Assembly (NCBI RefSeq): GCF_964204865.1 | Contig: NC_135257.1 | Coordinates: 12,090,001 to 12,154,000 of the forward strand | Source of the DNA: Styela clava | Lineage: Eukaryota | DNA: 64,000 nucleotides | Direction of reading: 5' to 3' | Shown: in pieces, positions 49,542 through 61,996 of the stretch | Position numbering within the stretch: the stretch's first letter is position 1 | How the letters are laid out: every line of letters begins with the position of its first letter | Notes under the pieces: model-generated | Told to the model about the DNA's origin: nothing | Database searches by the model: none | What the model saw: the letters and a program-made list of their open reading frames with translations, nothing else | Made by a program: the position numbers and the translations under genes

Positions 49542-50186
49542 TTTGCAGGACACACAAGAATATTTTTTGCCATCAAGTTCAATCATTCAAAAAAACTTGA
49601 GGGCGAAGTGAATCACCCATTTGGGACTAGCGATTCAAACCGGCAGATAGTTCTTGTTAAAATTGCAGATGGAATTTCAGGGCAATCAATCATATATTAT
49701 TTGAATAAAACTTGCTGTCCCATTGATTCATCTTCGTCAATAAACTTGAACAAGAAAGAGCTATTTATAATAAGATGCGAAATGATAATCTCTTCTCAAA
49801 TTATAGTCTTACTTTATGTTTGAATATCTTGGCCCTTTGATATTTCAATTGTACTGTTTTGGTCATAATTCTAGTCAAGAGGATTGTATGTACAGGTCTA
49901 TATGCATCAAATCATATGTCGCTAATGGATTATGACGGGGGCTCTTTCATCTTATCAGCAAATATGCTGTAAAAACGGAATTTACTGTGATAATATTGAT
50001 AACAGTTTTGCTGTAAATTTCATGTCATTTGCTTGAGATCCTGATTGATCAAATTTGGAATAGTATTTATATTCTATTTCAGAATATTACAGTTTATCTT
50101 TTCACTATATCTTAGGCCTTATTTTTAAATTATGTCCATCTTTTTTGTATTTTCTTTTTTAGATACTAAACAGCTCTATTGTTAGA

Positions 50187-51926
50187 ATGAATTATGATTC
50201 CTCCCATGATATCAGTCGTAGACTTTCTAAGGAATTATCAACAGACTTAAATAGGAATTCTCAAGCAATATTGGAAATACTGAAAGATCTTTTGAGAATG
50301 TGTGATGGTGAATTACTTGAGTCTACACGTGTGTTGAATTCGGTTATACAGCTGACTCAAGTTAAAGATGTACGGGTGAAAAAGATTGTATATTTGTACC
50401 TTTCATTTGTTGGGGAACATGATTCAGAAATTTGGTTGCACATCACAAACTCTATATCAAATGACTTGTTGGATCCTAATCCATTTGTCAGAAAAGCTGC
50501 TATTCTTATTCTGACTGATTCCCATTCAATATCGTCTTTACTTAATGAGACGAGAATGAATAGCATTACTAATTGCTTGAAAGATAATAATCCATCTGTT
50601 CGAAGATATGCTGTTGCAGGCATCGGAAAATTGTACAGACTTTTTAGTATTCAAAAAGTTGAATTTGATACTGCCACTGTTTTTGACAAACTTGTACAAA
50701 TGATATATGTGGATGAGGATCCAACTGTTATCGTAGAATGTATAAGGTGTTTGCAACTAGGGAAAAAGCATGAAGTTAAAACTGAACTTCTCATCTCGTT
50801 GTTGGAAAGGATGGATATGGTAGAAGAATGGACAAAAATGGAAATTGTAGTCCTGTTTACAAAATGTTCAAATCCTCTCAAAATGACACATGAAGAAATC
50901 TTCCAAGTTCTTAATATCTTGGATCCTCACTTAGATGACAAAAATCCAATTTTTTTCACTTTATCCTGTGCGACTGCAATGCTTCATGTATCAAAAAGAT
51001 TTGCTAAAATTTATTCTGATGTGAAGACAAGAATAGTAGATTTCTTAATTTCAAAACTCGCGCTCGTTACATTACCTATGCAAAGCCTTCATCTTATAAT
51101 GCTCAATGAACTTTTAGACAAATCTTCAAATTCAAAATTGTTTCCATATTGGAAAAAATTCCTTCTTCTTTCCACTGATGATGCATTTTTGAAAGTTCAA
51201 AAGTTGAAAATTCTTTCTAGGACTGCCACCACAGAAAACGTTTTAACAATTTTTCGTCACATAACTGGCATAATTATGACAGCAATAGAAAGTGAACTAA
51301 TTTTTGAAGCTGTAGATTCTTTAACAGTTATACATCAACATTTGCCATCAAATTGTGAAACCTTTCTTCAGAGTATTTTGAAGCATGATAACACCTCCAT
51401 TGTTGATTCAGCCCTGGTAGCCTTGTGGAAGATAAAATCTGACTTGAAAGATAAGGAGTTATCCATTGATTCTAATACTCTAATGGACGAGGTCGTCAAA
51501 ATTTACAGAAAACTTTCATGTGATTACTCAAAAGTTGCCTTTTTGTCACTTGTGTGTACCTTTTCAAGAAGCAAACCTCATATGAAAATAATAATGAAAA
51601 TTCTCAAACAAGAGATTGCTACATGGTCTCATATATCAGACTATTTATTCAAATTAGTGCTTCTTAGATCTGCATTTATATTCTATTTCAAATTTCCAAA
51701 AAGTTTTCAAACAATTCTGGGTGAAATAATGCACTTAATGTTTTCAGAAAATAATTTAATTTTAAACAGACATGCAATGATGTATTATACTTTACTGAAG
51801 ACAAATGTGCAAGCAGCAAATACGTTTGCCTCAGATTTGTCAAAAGAACTCAGCTATCAATTTCCTAAACATTTTACAAATCGCTCTGAGTGCGGTTTAC
51901 AAACACTGCAATTCCTCAAATTGTAA
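50187..51926 (+). CDS. AP4B1: Adaptin beta-type trunk protein, most like AP-4 beta; intronless, 579 aa, no appendage domain
   Basis: KKIVYLYL, NSISNDLLDPNPFVR, LKDNNPSVRRYAVAGIGKLY (Adaptin_N); YWKKF...LKVQKLKIL...ENV and KLVLL...LGEIM...YYTLL resemble AP4B1 more than AP1/2/3 beta. Divergent, so the symbol is tentative. Confidence 0.7.
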   Translation: MNYDSSHDISRRLSKELSTDLNRNSQAILEILKDLLRMCDGELLESTRVLNSVIQLTQVKDVRVKKIVYLYLSFVGEHDSEIWLHITNSISNDLLDPNPFVRKAAILILTDSHSISSLLNETRMNSITNCLKDNNPSVRRYAVAGIGKLYRLFSIQKVEFDTATVFDKLVQMIYVDEDPTVIVECIRCLQLGKKHEVKTELLISLLERMDMVEEWTKMEIVVLFTKCSNPLKMTHEEIFQVLNILDPHLDDKNPIFFTLSCATAMLHVSKRFAKIYSDVKTRIVDFLISKLALVTLPMQSLHLIMLNELLDKSSNSKLFPYWKKFLLLSTDDAFLKVQKLKILSRTATTENVLTIFRHITGIIMTAIESELIFEAVDSLTVIHQHLPSNCETFLQSILKHDNTSIVDSALVALWKIKSDLKDKELSIDSNTLMDEVVKIYRKLSCDYSKVAFLSLVCTFSRSKPHMKIIMKILKQEIATWSHISDYLFKLVLLRSAFIFYFKFPKSFQTILGEIMHLMFSENNLILNRHAMMYYTLLKTNVQAANTFASDLSKELSYQFPKHFTNRSECGLQTLQFLKL

Positions 51927-53599
51927 TTAACTATTACGAGTGTGTCTTTTGAAGTGATTTTGATGTTTCCACTCCCGCACCTTTATGGTTGTATATTTCA
52001 ACCTTTGTTGGAGATTCTTGATGTTCCACCTTAGGTCTTCAAAAGATGATGCCAGACATTTGTGTTTCAAACCCATATATGGTGTTGTACATGCCGTCAG
52101 CAACGATTGCCAGCTTATTTATATACATTATCATAAGATACATACATAAGTTTACTGCGAGATTTTTGGCGGATTTTTTAATTTATCTGAATTGAATTAA
52201 TCGCCTACCCAGAATCATGAATACTCCAGTTGTAGTCGTATACTGTATTCTATTGTCACTAAATTCTACTGTTTCATTTTAATACTTCTTTTACACACGA
52301 TTACTGTGTCAGCAAAGAAAAAATATATATCAGTTCGTTTTATTTAAATATGCAGTGTAGCCTACATGTAGATCGTTTTGCAAAATTGTTGGTGTTGTGA
52401 AAATCGCCTTTCTCTACAACCAATTGACTCATTTATTTCAAATATTCAGTATTTAAAGATGGAACAAGTCATAAAATAGCAATTTTTTTTTCGGGGTTTC
52501 TATGTGGCCTGGCAATTCTATCCATAAATTTTGCTATTTTCCACTATCTTTCGGACAAACTCGTGCACAGCAAAGGCTTCATCGGTGACGGCGTAAATTG
52601 CAACGTTGGTGAACATGCTTTGAATAATCGGATAGCGGGTTCTCTGTGATTCGTATCCATCTGCACTGAAGTCAAACCTTGTGTCCACGTATTCAATCAT
52701 TGTTCCCGTTTTTGTTTATTGCTCAGTTGATATATGTTTCTAATTTCTTTATATTGATATATATTTATTTAATAAATGTTACATTATGTGTGTGTGGTCT
52801 TATCACCGCCAAAGCTCTTGAATTTCTTGAACGCATATTTGACTGGCGGGGAACTGAGGAACAGCATGAAGACAGATTTACTGAATGCAATTTGGTTATT
52901 AAAGTTGGCCTGACTCAAAAATACCAATTTTGTACTTGCTGATTTGGTTGTCAAGAAAATAGGTACAGCGAAAACTTGTAAAAATCCCTCTGAAGAAACA
53001 ACATCAACAGGTGTTAGCTTCTTCGACATCTAATATTATGTAATATAATAAACTTTGTATGCTCTTGTTTCGTTGATTCTCATTAAATTCAATGATTTCA
53101 AATCTAGATGTATTTTCTAGATGCTTTATTTTTGAATCTAGACGTTTTTTGAAGTCAATCTAGATATTTTTAGTCAGAGAAAAGTGACAGCCCTGTAAGA
53201 GTACTTACTGAAGGTGAATGCGTTATTTTGTTTGTTTCGTTGTTTCCCGCTAACATTGTTAGCGAACGTATCACATGTAAAATCAATTCTAATTGGTCCT
53301 GTTCGGACGTTCGCGTGAATGTAGCATTGAACAACGTTTTTTGTAAGATGTTATTTATCTACAGAAAAGCATGCTTGGGCGAATAAGTAAATTCTCAATG
53401 CTTGAAAACGGCAGACTATTTCTTTATTCCTTTTGCTGTAAATAAAAAAATATAAATTCGGATCATTTGTATCGTTAGCGTCTATTTCTTTCTATTTTTC
53501 GAACTGAACTCGATATTCAGACAGAAAATATGTGCATGAACTCTCGATGACAATATGGTCAATGAAGACAGTCGGGATGGCTTAAATGTAGGCCTATGT

Positions 53600-53845
53600 A
53601 GTAAAATTGGAAACTGTAAAGTTACAAGAGGCGTCCCGCTTTGAGGTCAAAAAAATATGGTAACCCTAACCATAGGCACAGTCCATAATTCAAAACAATA
53701 TTTTTGTTCCAGAGAATGCTTCCTCCAGCTTGTGCCGAGTCGAGATCGAAGCACATTGGGAAGAGTTATTACTCGGCACATTTCTCCCGGATGTGAAACA
53801 TGGTCGAATGACTGGGCCGCCTACATCAATTTGCCTAATATTTAA
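53600..53845 (+). mobile_element. Merlin/IS1595 (ISXO2-like) transposase fragment
   Basis: ECFLQLVPSRDRSTLGRVITRHISPGCETWSNDWAAYINL fits the CF..V..R...TL...I...I.PG....SD.W.AY pattern. Confidence 0.75.
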
Positions 53846-54992
53846 TATTATGTTTCTTTTAATTAACCTAAATGGGGTTCTTTCTTTTTCTTAATCGGGT
53901 TAGCAACAAAATGGTTCATTGGTTAAAATTACCCTAGGTATTCAATAATTTTCTAGGAAAATCACATCAAACGATATCAAAAACGCATATTTTTATTAAA
54001 TTTTACGAAAATACCGCACTTCGTGAATATAGAATAAGATAATAGTCTTGACTATTGTAAAGAGCGTTCTCAATATTTATAAATTAACGAAAATCCATCC
54101 TAAATAAACCCCATACATATAAAAATCTCCAATTTAGTGTTTTATTATTTTTGTCCGGGTAGCTCAGTGCAGAGAATGAACGAGTATTCTCATAGTTTTG
54201 AGTATTCGCTTGTACAGAATTTAGCTTAGCTGTTTGGTTTTTATCCATTGTTTGTTCGTTTCAGGGCGAATGAAAATAAGATGGAAATTATAGTTATACA
54301 CGAGACTCTTTCGCACTCCCAATTTTTTCCCACCCAAGTTTATTAAAATTCGCTTCGAACAAGGTTGTATGCAGCCAGGAAATTGCTCTTGGAGCAGTGG
54401 TTCTTAACCGGGGGCCTGTGACTCTCACAGGAAAACTCTCCGTTCTTCCTAGTTTCATTGCTTTATAAAGGTATTTCACAGGGTTGAGCATGAATTGTTT
54501 AGGATTGGGAACTAGAAGAGGGCCACACTAATCTAAATTCTCCATAATTTGATTTCTTGCACTGCTTTTTGCAAAATTCTCATGTTTTGTGGTAATATTG
54601 TGGGCACTAACTGCTGTTTTCTCCATGGCCTCTATAGGTTGATATCGCAGTAACAATAGAAGCAGTGAGCATATCGTTCTTACCCTTTCGACTTCGTTTG
54701 ACATCGTCAAATTCCTTTTCATATTCGAAACGGAACTCGTGCTTACGCTAACTTATTGTCTAAATTATGGTTAATGCTTAAAAACAGTATCCCTAAAAAC
54801 TAACAGCAACTATTGTAAATGTGTCAGAGTTAGCCTGGAAATACTGAAAACCCTACCGTTAACAGAAACAGTTCACGATGAGAGCGAGTCCGAGATATGA
54901 GATTATGTTAGAATTGATCACAATACTAACACAGCAAAGCGTCACCCCTCGTTTTCACGGAAGCTTTATACGCAAAATACGAACGAGTCATC

Positions 54993-55127
54993 CATGCTTC
55001 TCAGACAAAATAAGCACGCAACTCAAAAATAAGCACTTTTCTTAGAAATAAGCACATTGTTATTTTATAGGACGCAGTCTAGAAAATAAGCACAAATCTT
55101 AGAAATAAGCACGATATGGCAACCATG
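54993..55127. repeat. Small MITE-like element with (AAATAAGCAC)n
   Basis: Five AAATAAGCAC copies bounded by CATGCTTCTCA...TGGCAACCATG. Confidence 0.5.
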
Positions 55128-55733
55128 ATTATATCCCAGCATTGTTCACTCGTTTATTTAATTTGGTTCAAATCAGGTATTTAATGATGTAAAGAGGATG
55201 ACGTGGCTGTTATATGTATTTATTGTCAAAATCTGGTAAGGCAATGTTTTTGACAACTGGATTCATCTCCACAACGATTGCCTTGGGCTATTTGCGGATT
55301 AAAACATTTCCGTATAACAACGCTATCATAAGTTGCATTAATGGAAATCTTATATTGTGATCGTAAAATTAAAGTGTGATTATTGGACAGTTGAATGCGT
55401 AGTGATTTAATTCCCGTATTCGATTGGACAGTGCGCCATAACTGAAGAGCGGTCAATTTCAGGGACACACGTAGCCTACAGTATAACATAGTTAGTTTGA
55501 TGATCAGATAGTTCCATTGTAATTGTCAGACAAAAAGATATGAGGTGGTTGGAATTTTTACCATTCACTGGTTCTTCAAGTATTTTGTTAGTAATCTGCG
55601 TGTCGCTAAAACTTATTTATTTGATTTTAGCATGCGCCTCGATATATCATCAATGCGTTGTTCATTTATGCATGTTTTATATAAAGCACCTATTTTGTAA
55701 TGTGTAACTTCTACATGGTTACAACGTTTTGTC

Positions 55734-58700
55734 ATGGGTGTTAATACTTGGAGAATATTGATAGTCCTCATAATAACATATGAAGTAGATCTAACAGTTG
55801 GAAAGAGTGAGTTTTTTTTTGTTGTAACAATAGTCCTGGATATAAAATACTTGTAAAAATGAAAAGGTTTCTTGCTCTCACCTATTGAGGCTATAGCTGA
55901 TTGCTGAAATATTTAGATATAGTCTGTTCAGGCATGGGTGCGTACTGAATCCTGTCACACGATTTAAAACTAGATGTCTGCGCCACGTTAGGGAATTTTT
56001 AAAATAAAATGGCGAAACAACATAGGTATGGAACATTTTCCTACTTTGATACAAGTGTACTATAGTGTAGGACAGGGGTCGGCAACCTTTTGTCGCTCGC
56101 GGGCCAAAATTAGAGGTTGCAAGTCATTGGCGGCCGAACATATTTTTAGAAAGTTGAAAACCAAACAAATGACACTTTTTATAAATAAAAATCAAGCAGT
56201 AATACATTTTTCGAATAAATATAGATTTATTTCCTCATTGCACTGCATCTCAAAAAATTTCATTTGAATATTTCCGGCGCTATTGAAACCTTTGCACTTA
56301 GCACCAACTTTTTTGCGTTTTGTTGCCATTTGTCTAATTATAATTAAATTATAGGCTCATTAAACCAGTAATTGTAAATTATATAATTGTTAGGTTATAA
56401 TATAATTTAGTCTACACGTGTCTCACAATAAATTCTGTTTCGTAAAAAGTATAATAGTCAAAACAGCCGTTTTGTTACTATAATTCAGTGAGGCGTCGCG
56501 GGCCGAATTGCATTACTCCGCTGGCCGTAGGTTGCCGACCCCTGGTGTAGGACTACGAATATTAACAAATCCTATTCCAGCTTCATTTTAAATTTTCTTC
56601 CAGTTGTGTAAGCATGAAATTTTGTATGCTTTTCAGGTTGCCACTACAACAACCTACATGCATTATATGGATGGACATTGGTGAAGAGTCCTGGATATCC
56701 AAGAAAATTTCCATCTCAGACACAGTGCTGGTGGAAGTATGATTTTTTTCCAAATTTTTCGTTTGCTATTTGATCGATTAGAACGGTGTTTGGCAATTAT
56801 TTTGAGTAGTCAGTGTATGTACGTATTATCATAGCGTATTGAAAAATAGCACAGGCAAGATATAAAAAGATTAATCGAAATTGTGTCGTGGTAGTAGAAA
56901 CATTTTCTTCTTTCCATTATTAGTTTGTGATTTAATTGGCCTAACAACAAGGCCTAATAATTCTTTTCATTCGTCCCTGTGCGGACGCACTATTGTAAGA
57001 TTCTCCCAAACCGAATATCAGATTATTCGAATTATGTTACTTGCACAAGACTATTATATAATAGTGAAATAGGCAATTATGGGACTTTTTAAATTTAATT
57101 TTCTCTGTTGAAAGCTATGAAAAACTGATACTAAAAAGTGCTTCGTCTACGTCGTTGCTAGCCACAGGAGTACTTGGTTGAGCTCTATGGGAACATTTTA
57201 CCCTTTATAGCTATTTTCGAAAATCCTGTTATAGGAAGTGCTAGAATAGATCATAGTGACCAAACGAAAGCTCATAGTTTGCAATATCATGCTGCCAAGT
57301 ATGTAAAATATTCAGAATATTTAAGTTGCCCAGTCTGATGACGCAAGTGAAGAATTTTGTTATTCAGCTGAATGGCACGGATTGATCAGATAAAATATGT
57401 AGCAACGAAAAGACATTTAACCTTAAAGGTAGTCAGACAAAAAAAAAGAGATCTTGCAGAGTGGCAACGTCGGCAGAGGTGCTCGAGTTCAGTCAGGAAT
57501 AGGGAAAGTGAAATCTTCTATATATATATATATATAAATATCTGAGTCGAAACGTTGGTTCCCACTCCGTATACTCCTGTACACAACCCCATGATAGTAT
57601 ATTCGAAAAAAAAAAATATGAAAGAGCAAAATTAAGTCCCGTCATAATATTGATGGAAAAGTGGCCTAAACACTATCATATTTATATGCATTGAATGAGC
57701 TCATGGAACGTGTTAGTGGAAATTTCCAAGATAAATCTGCTATCCGATAAACTAGAATTCAACGGATCTTTATAACGTTCAATATGGTTGAACGTCCAAA
57801 ACCACATACTCAGAACCAAAACTCTGGTCATTGTCAAAGTACGCCACTTCGACGATGGTACACAGATATGCAGATATATTCCGTAATGACTCCAAATTAG
57901 GAAACAATTTAGGACAGAGAAAAGGTCATGGGAATGGTAGAGAAGGACATATCTCAAAATGACCTAACTTTCTACGCTCGTGTCACTTTATGCTGTATTT
58001 GTGTTGTCACGATTTATGACTTCAAATTCTCCATTTTACAATTTAGAACCACATCCAGCTGTTTAGAGCAGGTGTTTATCCTAAGCTCCCGAATTAAATA
58101 ATTAAAAGTTTTATTATACCTAATTTAAATTCCGTTTAGCACGATTAATTTTTTATGCAAAGTTCCTGTCTTTTGCTTATTGTAAATGTTTTGTTATTTT
58201 CGGCTAGATCGCTAAAATAGATGATGATTTTTAGTTTTTGGCTAAGACGAAAGAATCGCAAAAAAATGATATACATATAATATATTATATATGTGGAGGA
58301 ATGTTTTTAAATGCCCTTTACTTATATAGAGCGCGTTTTTCAGACAATCTACTTGTGAATATTGCTTGGTCCTACACGAGATGGTAAAACAATGTTATCC
58401 AAGTTAACATTCTTTGTATTTCATTATATATAGCGTTAGAAAGTTTAGAAGAATAGCAAGATTATGTGACCTTGAAAATGTGCTTATGTTTAGTGTATAT
58501 TGATTTAGAATCACGGAGTTTTCATTCTAGTACGCCCTGTGTCTGAAAAGGCCGTCATCTTTTCGTTACAGCACAGACTACACAATTTGTTACATCCGGA
58601 TGAGTTGTTTATATTGAGTTAACTTAACCAGACTAGTAACCTTAGTACAATATTTGCGAGCGTGTTTTGTTACTGATATTGAAGTTGTCGAAATAGTTTC

Positions 58701-61700
58701 TGTGACAGGCAATAATTTAAGAGCGTAGCCTTAGGCTAAATTGAGGTAAAATCGTTTATAAAACCTGGTCAAGCCAGCTTGGCTAAACGTTCAGATGATA
58801 ATTAGCCGAGGCTGACAAAGTACCTGATTATTACGCTGATTTATATATAAAGAAGGTATTTGATCACAAATTTACGTAGTTTACTAGCGCGAGTTTAGCT
58901 TCATTGCAAAGTCAGGTTATAGGTTTAGTCAGTGTATGAAATTCTAAATAAATTTTACCATGGCAAAGTCAGTGGTCGTTCCTGTTTAGTATTAGCCGTA
59001 TAGTTATACTATATAGTTATATTAAAAACTAACTATTTCTCGATCTCCATCATTGTACGACGAAGATGATGTACGATATTTGATGTGCATTATTATGCAC
59101 TACTATTTTCATCTTCTTGTTAGGCAGATATTGACACCTCGCACAATAAAGTAACCTTATTTAATATTGCAAATGTTTGATTCATTCCAGAATATCTGCT
59201 CCGCCTCAATATAAAATCCAATTAGAGCTCACTGACTTTGCATTGGTGGAACCAAATTCACAAAATAGATGCATTTGGCAGTGGTTGAATGTTGTAGATG
59301 GAACAATTAAAGAAGGCGAAGATGAAACAGGACCAGGTCAACCGCCCATGTTAACTTTATGTGGAACTAATCGCCCAAGAATCGTCATATCGAGTGGTCA
59401 GTCATAGATATTTTAATTATTATGTAATGTCAAGGGGAATATATGACGGATCGTTGAAAAATCTGTTTTTTCAGTCAATAGCAATTGGAGGTGAGAGGGT
59501 CATATATGGTTAAATAGTGAACTTCTTTAAAGTTTTTATATATGAATTCTACAGTAACAGACTTTTAATAAAGATTTAAAATTAACTTGCAATATATGTG
59601 AGATTGTAATAACGTGTTTTTTATTGAAAACTTTCCTAGGTAATACTTTGAGATTAAATTTGCACTCTAACGCTGCTGCAGCATCATCTTCATACAGAGG
59701 ATTTTCAGCAAGATATAAATACACAACTGACGCCGCGTTTATGCCATGTAAGGTACTTTATATTTCATATTCAATTTCAACATCAATCAGACGAATGCCA
59801 CAGCGTTTGGTAATTTGGTGTAATAAGTTGTTGTAAACATACTATAACGAGCGTGTAAGCCCGAACGCACAACTGCAAGCGCTTACACGTTTTGATCGGC
59901 TTTGCTTATCAAGAGTGAATCACAAGCAATTATGAAAGCAAACAAAATATTTACAATAAAATAAATAAAAATTTAATTATACCTAAATATATCCACGATA
60001 TTTTGTTCTCTATTTATCGGAGTCTTGTCTAGATTTCTCGTTAACCCTTTTCCTTCCTTTTAAAATGCACCGGAGTGCAGTGGAGCGTAGTCGAGTCGAA
60101 TACCTTCTAGTCTAGAGCCTAGACAAGAGAACTCGAAAACCCTAAACTACAAACTTTGTGATGCTGAAACGGACTTTTGCTAAACTGCTATAACCCTTTA
60201 TTTTTAAAAATTTTCCCCTCAGTGAATAAGTGAATTTTAACCATTTAAATTGGTGATATAACCTACTTTTTTCAGCAAGCATGTCGAATCTTTTACCGAG
60301 TTCTGCTGCTTCTCCTGGCAAGCCCCCTGCCGCACCGGCATCATCTTCAGGAATTCGATCCATAGGAGATGTCATAGCACCATTTGCTAAATCAAGGCCT
60401 CTTCCACCCAACCCTAATGCCGTGTTGACGCTTAAGAATCGAAGAACCGAAGCTAAAAATCGAGCAAGGAACGAAGCTGAAAATAGCCATAATAATAACG
60501 GCCCAGTTTACTATAGTGGAGGTAGAAATCCATCGCAATATGAAAAACCGACAACAAGGATTATTCCAACATTGGGTGAGCAGTGTCCAATTTGACGTAC
60601 GGTCATTTCAGTAGATTTTCGTATATCACCATTCGTCCGTAATTTATCGAAAATGTGATCTTCCTTTACATCTCTGACTGTGCGTGGTCTTTCTTCGAGA
60701 AAATTGTCATGAAAAATCTTTCATGTAATACCGACATAATTCGAGATAGTCACAGTTAGCATTCCATTGACCGACCATTACCTTGTTCAGTGATGGATCT
60801 CCATTATTTCGGAATGAGTGCACGTGACAATGCTTCGAGAAAATGTTTTAAGCCTGTATATCAGCACCCATATAGATCTAATTCTAGAATAACGACCCAT
60901 GGATCGTGACCACCAGTGCTTTCAGTTTTCGTGCAATATCTAATAAAAAAATTAAAAACACAGAAAGTAAGTCATCGAAAATGGCATTGAACTCATCAAT
61001 CAATATCAAAATGACCGCGAGTACCAATAGTTGAATAAATATCATTTCTCCTCTTTTTCAGCAAATAATATTATACAACAAGATGAACTGCCATCTCGAA
61101 GAAGTAAACCGCTTCCTCACGAAATCAAAATTTTGTTGGCTGTTCTTGGAACTGTAGGTGCAATAGCCTTGGTGTTATATCTGCTGAAAAGAATTTTTTA
61201 TGATAAGGCTCATAAAAAAAGTTCCGGCAAAATAATGCACGCGTATGCTCACTTTCGACATTTCAAAAAGAAGAGAAAAAATAAAAAGGACGAAGAGGAA
61301 GGCGATAGAAAGGTAAATACAATCTCAGCTAGCATTGCTGAAAGTACTAGCGGAACATTGAGAACGAGAGATTCCGAAGTAGCAAGCTCCAATGAAAACT
61401 ATGGTAAAGACCAACATAACGTGATGCATCCGCGGCGGACCCATCCACAGCAATCGGAAATCACTGAAAATTCTAACAACGACAAATCAAGGAAAGATGT
61501 CGAGGCTGTACAAGTTGCAGTACCTACAACTAACGACAAACACCGTAAAAATGAGCACGAGCGCAAGTCGGGCAGTAGGCAGCAGCGTCACGAACGCGAC
61601 AACAGAGAGCGAGAAGAATCCAATTCTTCGTCTAACCATGGGTATCATGAGCAACACGAAAGAAGAAGGCGAAGAACACGTCGTCGTGAAGTACCGAACG

Positions 61701-61996
61701 ATACTGTTCCAACCGAAAATAACTCGAAACCAAAACAAAGTCGGTCTGGCCAAGGCAGAAGAGAACAGGGAAAGGAGAGTATAACAATAGAAAAAAATGA
61801 TAGGGGACAACAACGCCGGGCACAAACTGGAACGCGTGGATCCAGGAATCCCCACCCTGAAAAACGAAATAGAAAACATCATACTAAATCGTTTTCAGAT
61901 AAAAGTCAAAACCGACGCAATATTTCAGACTATTCCAGCGACGATAAACCAAACAGTTCTAATAAAAAATCATGGAGGGATAGAGCTTACTCGTGA
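55734..61996 (+). CDS. Type I membrane protein: signal peptide, single CUB domain, Ser/Pro-rich stalk, TM helix, long charged cytoplasmic tail; 6 exons, 573 aa
   Basis: Exons 55734-55806, 56637-56736, 59191-59396, 59640-59747, 60276-60575, 61062-61996; 1722 nt in frame. CUB motifs SPGYP..F...CWWKI, LTDFAL, LCG, LHSN...RGFSARY; TM ILLAVLGTVGAIALVLYLL followed by KR. Confidence 0.85.
56073..56544. mobile_element. hAT (Charlie-like) MITE in intron 1 of the CUB gene
   Basis: CAGGGGTCGGCAACC...GGTTGCCGACCCCTG; perfect TSD GTGTAGGA. Confidence 0.92.
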
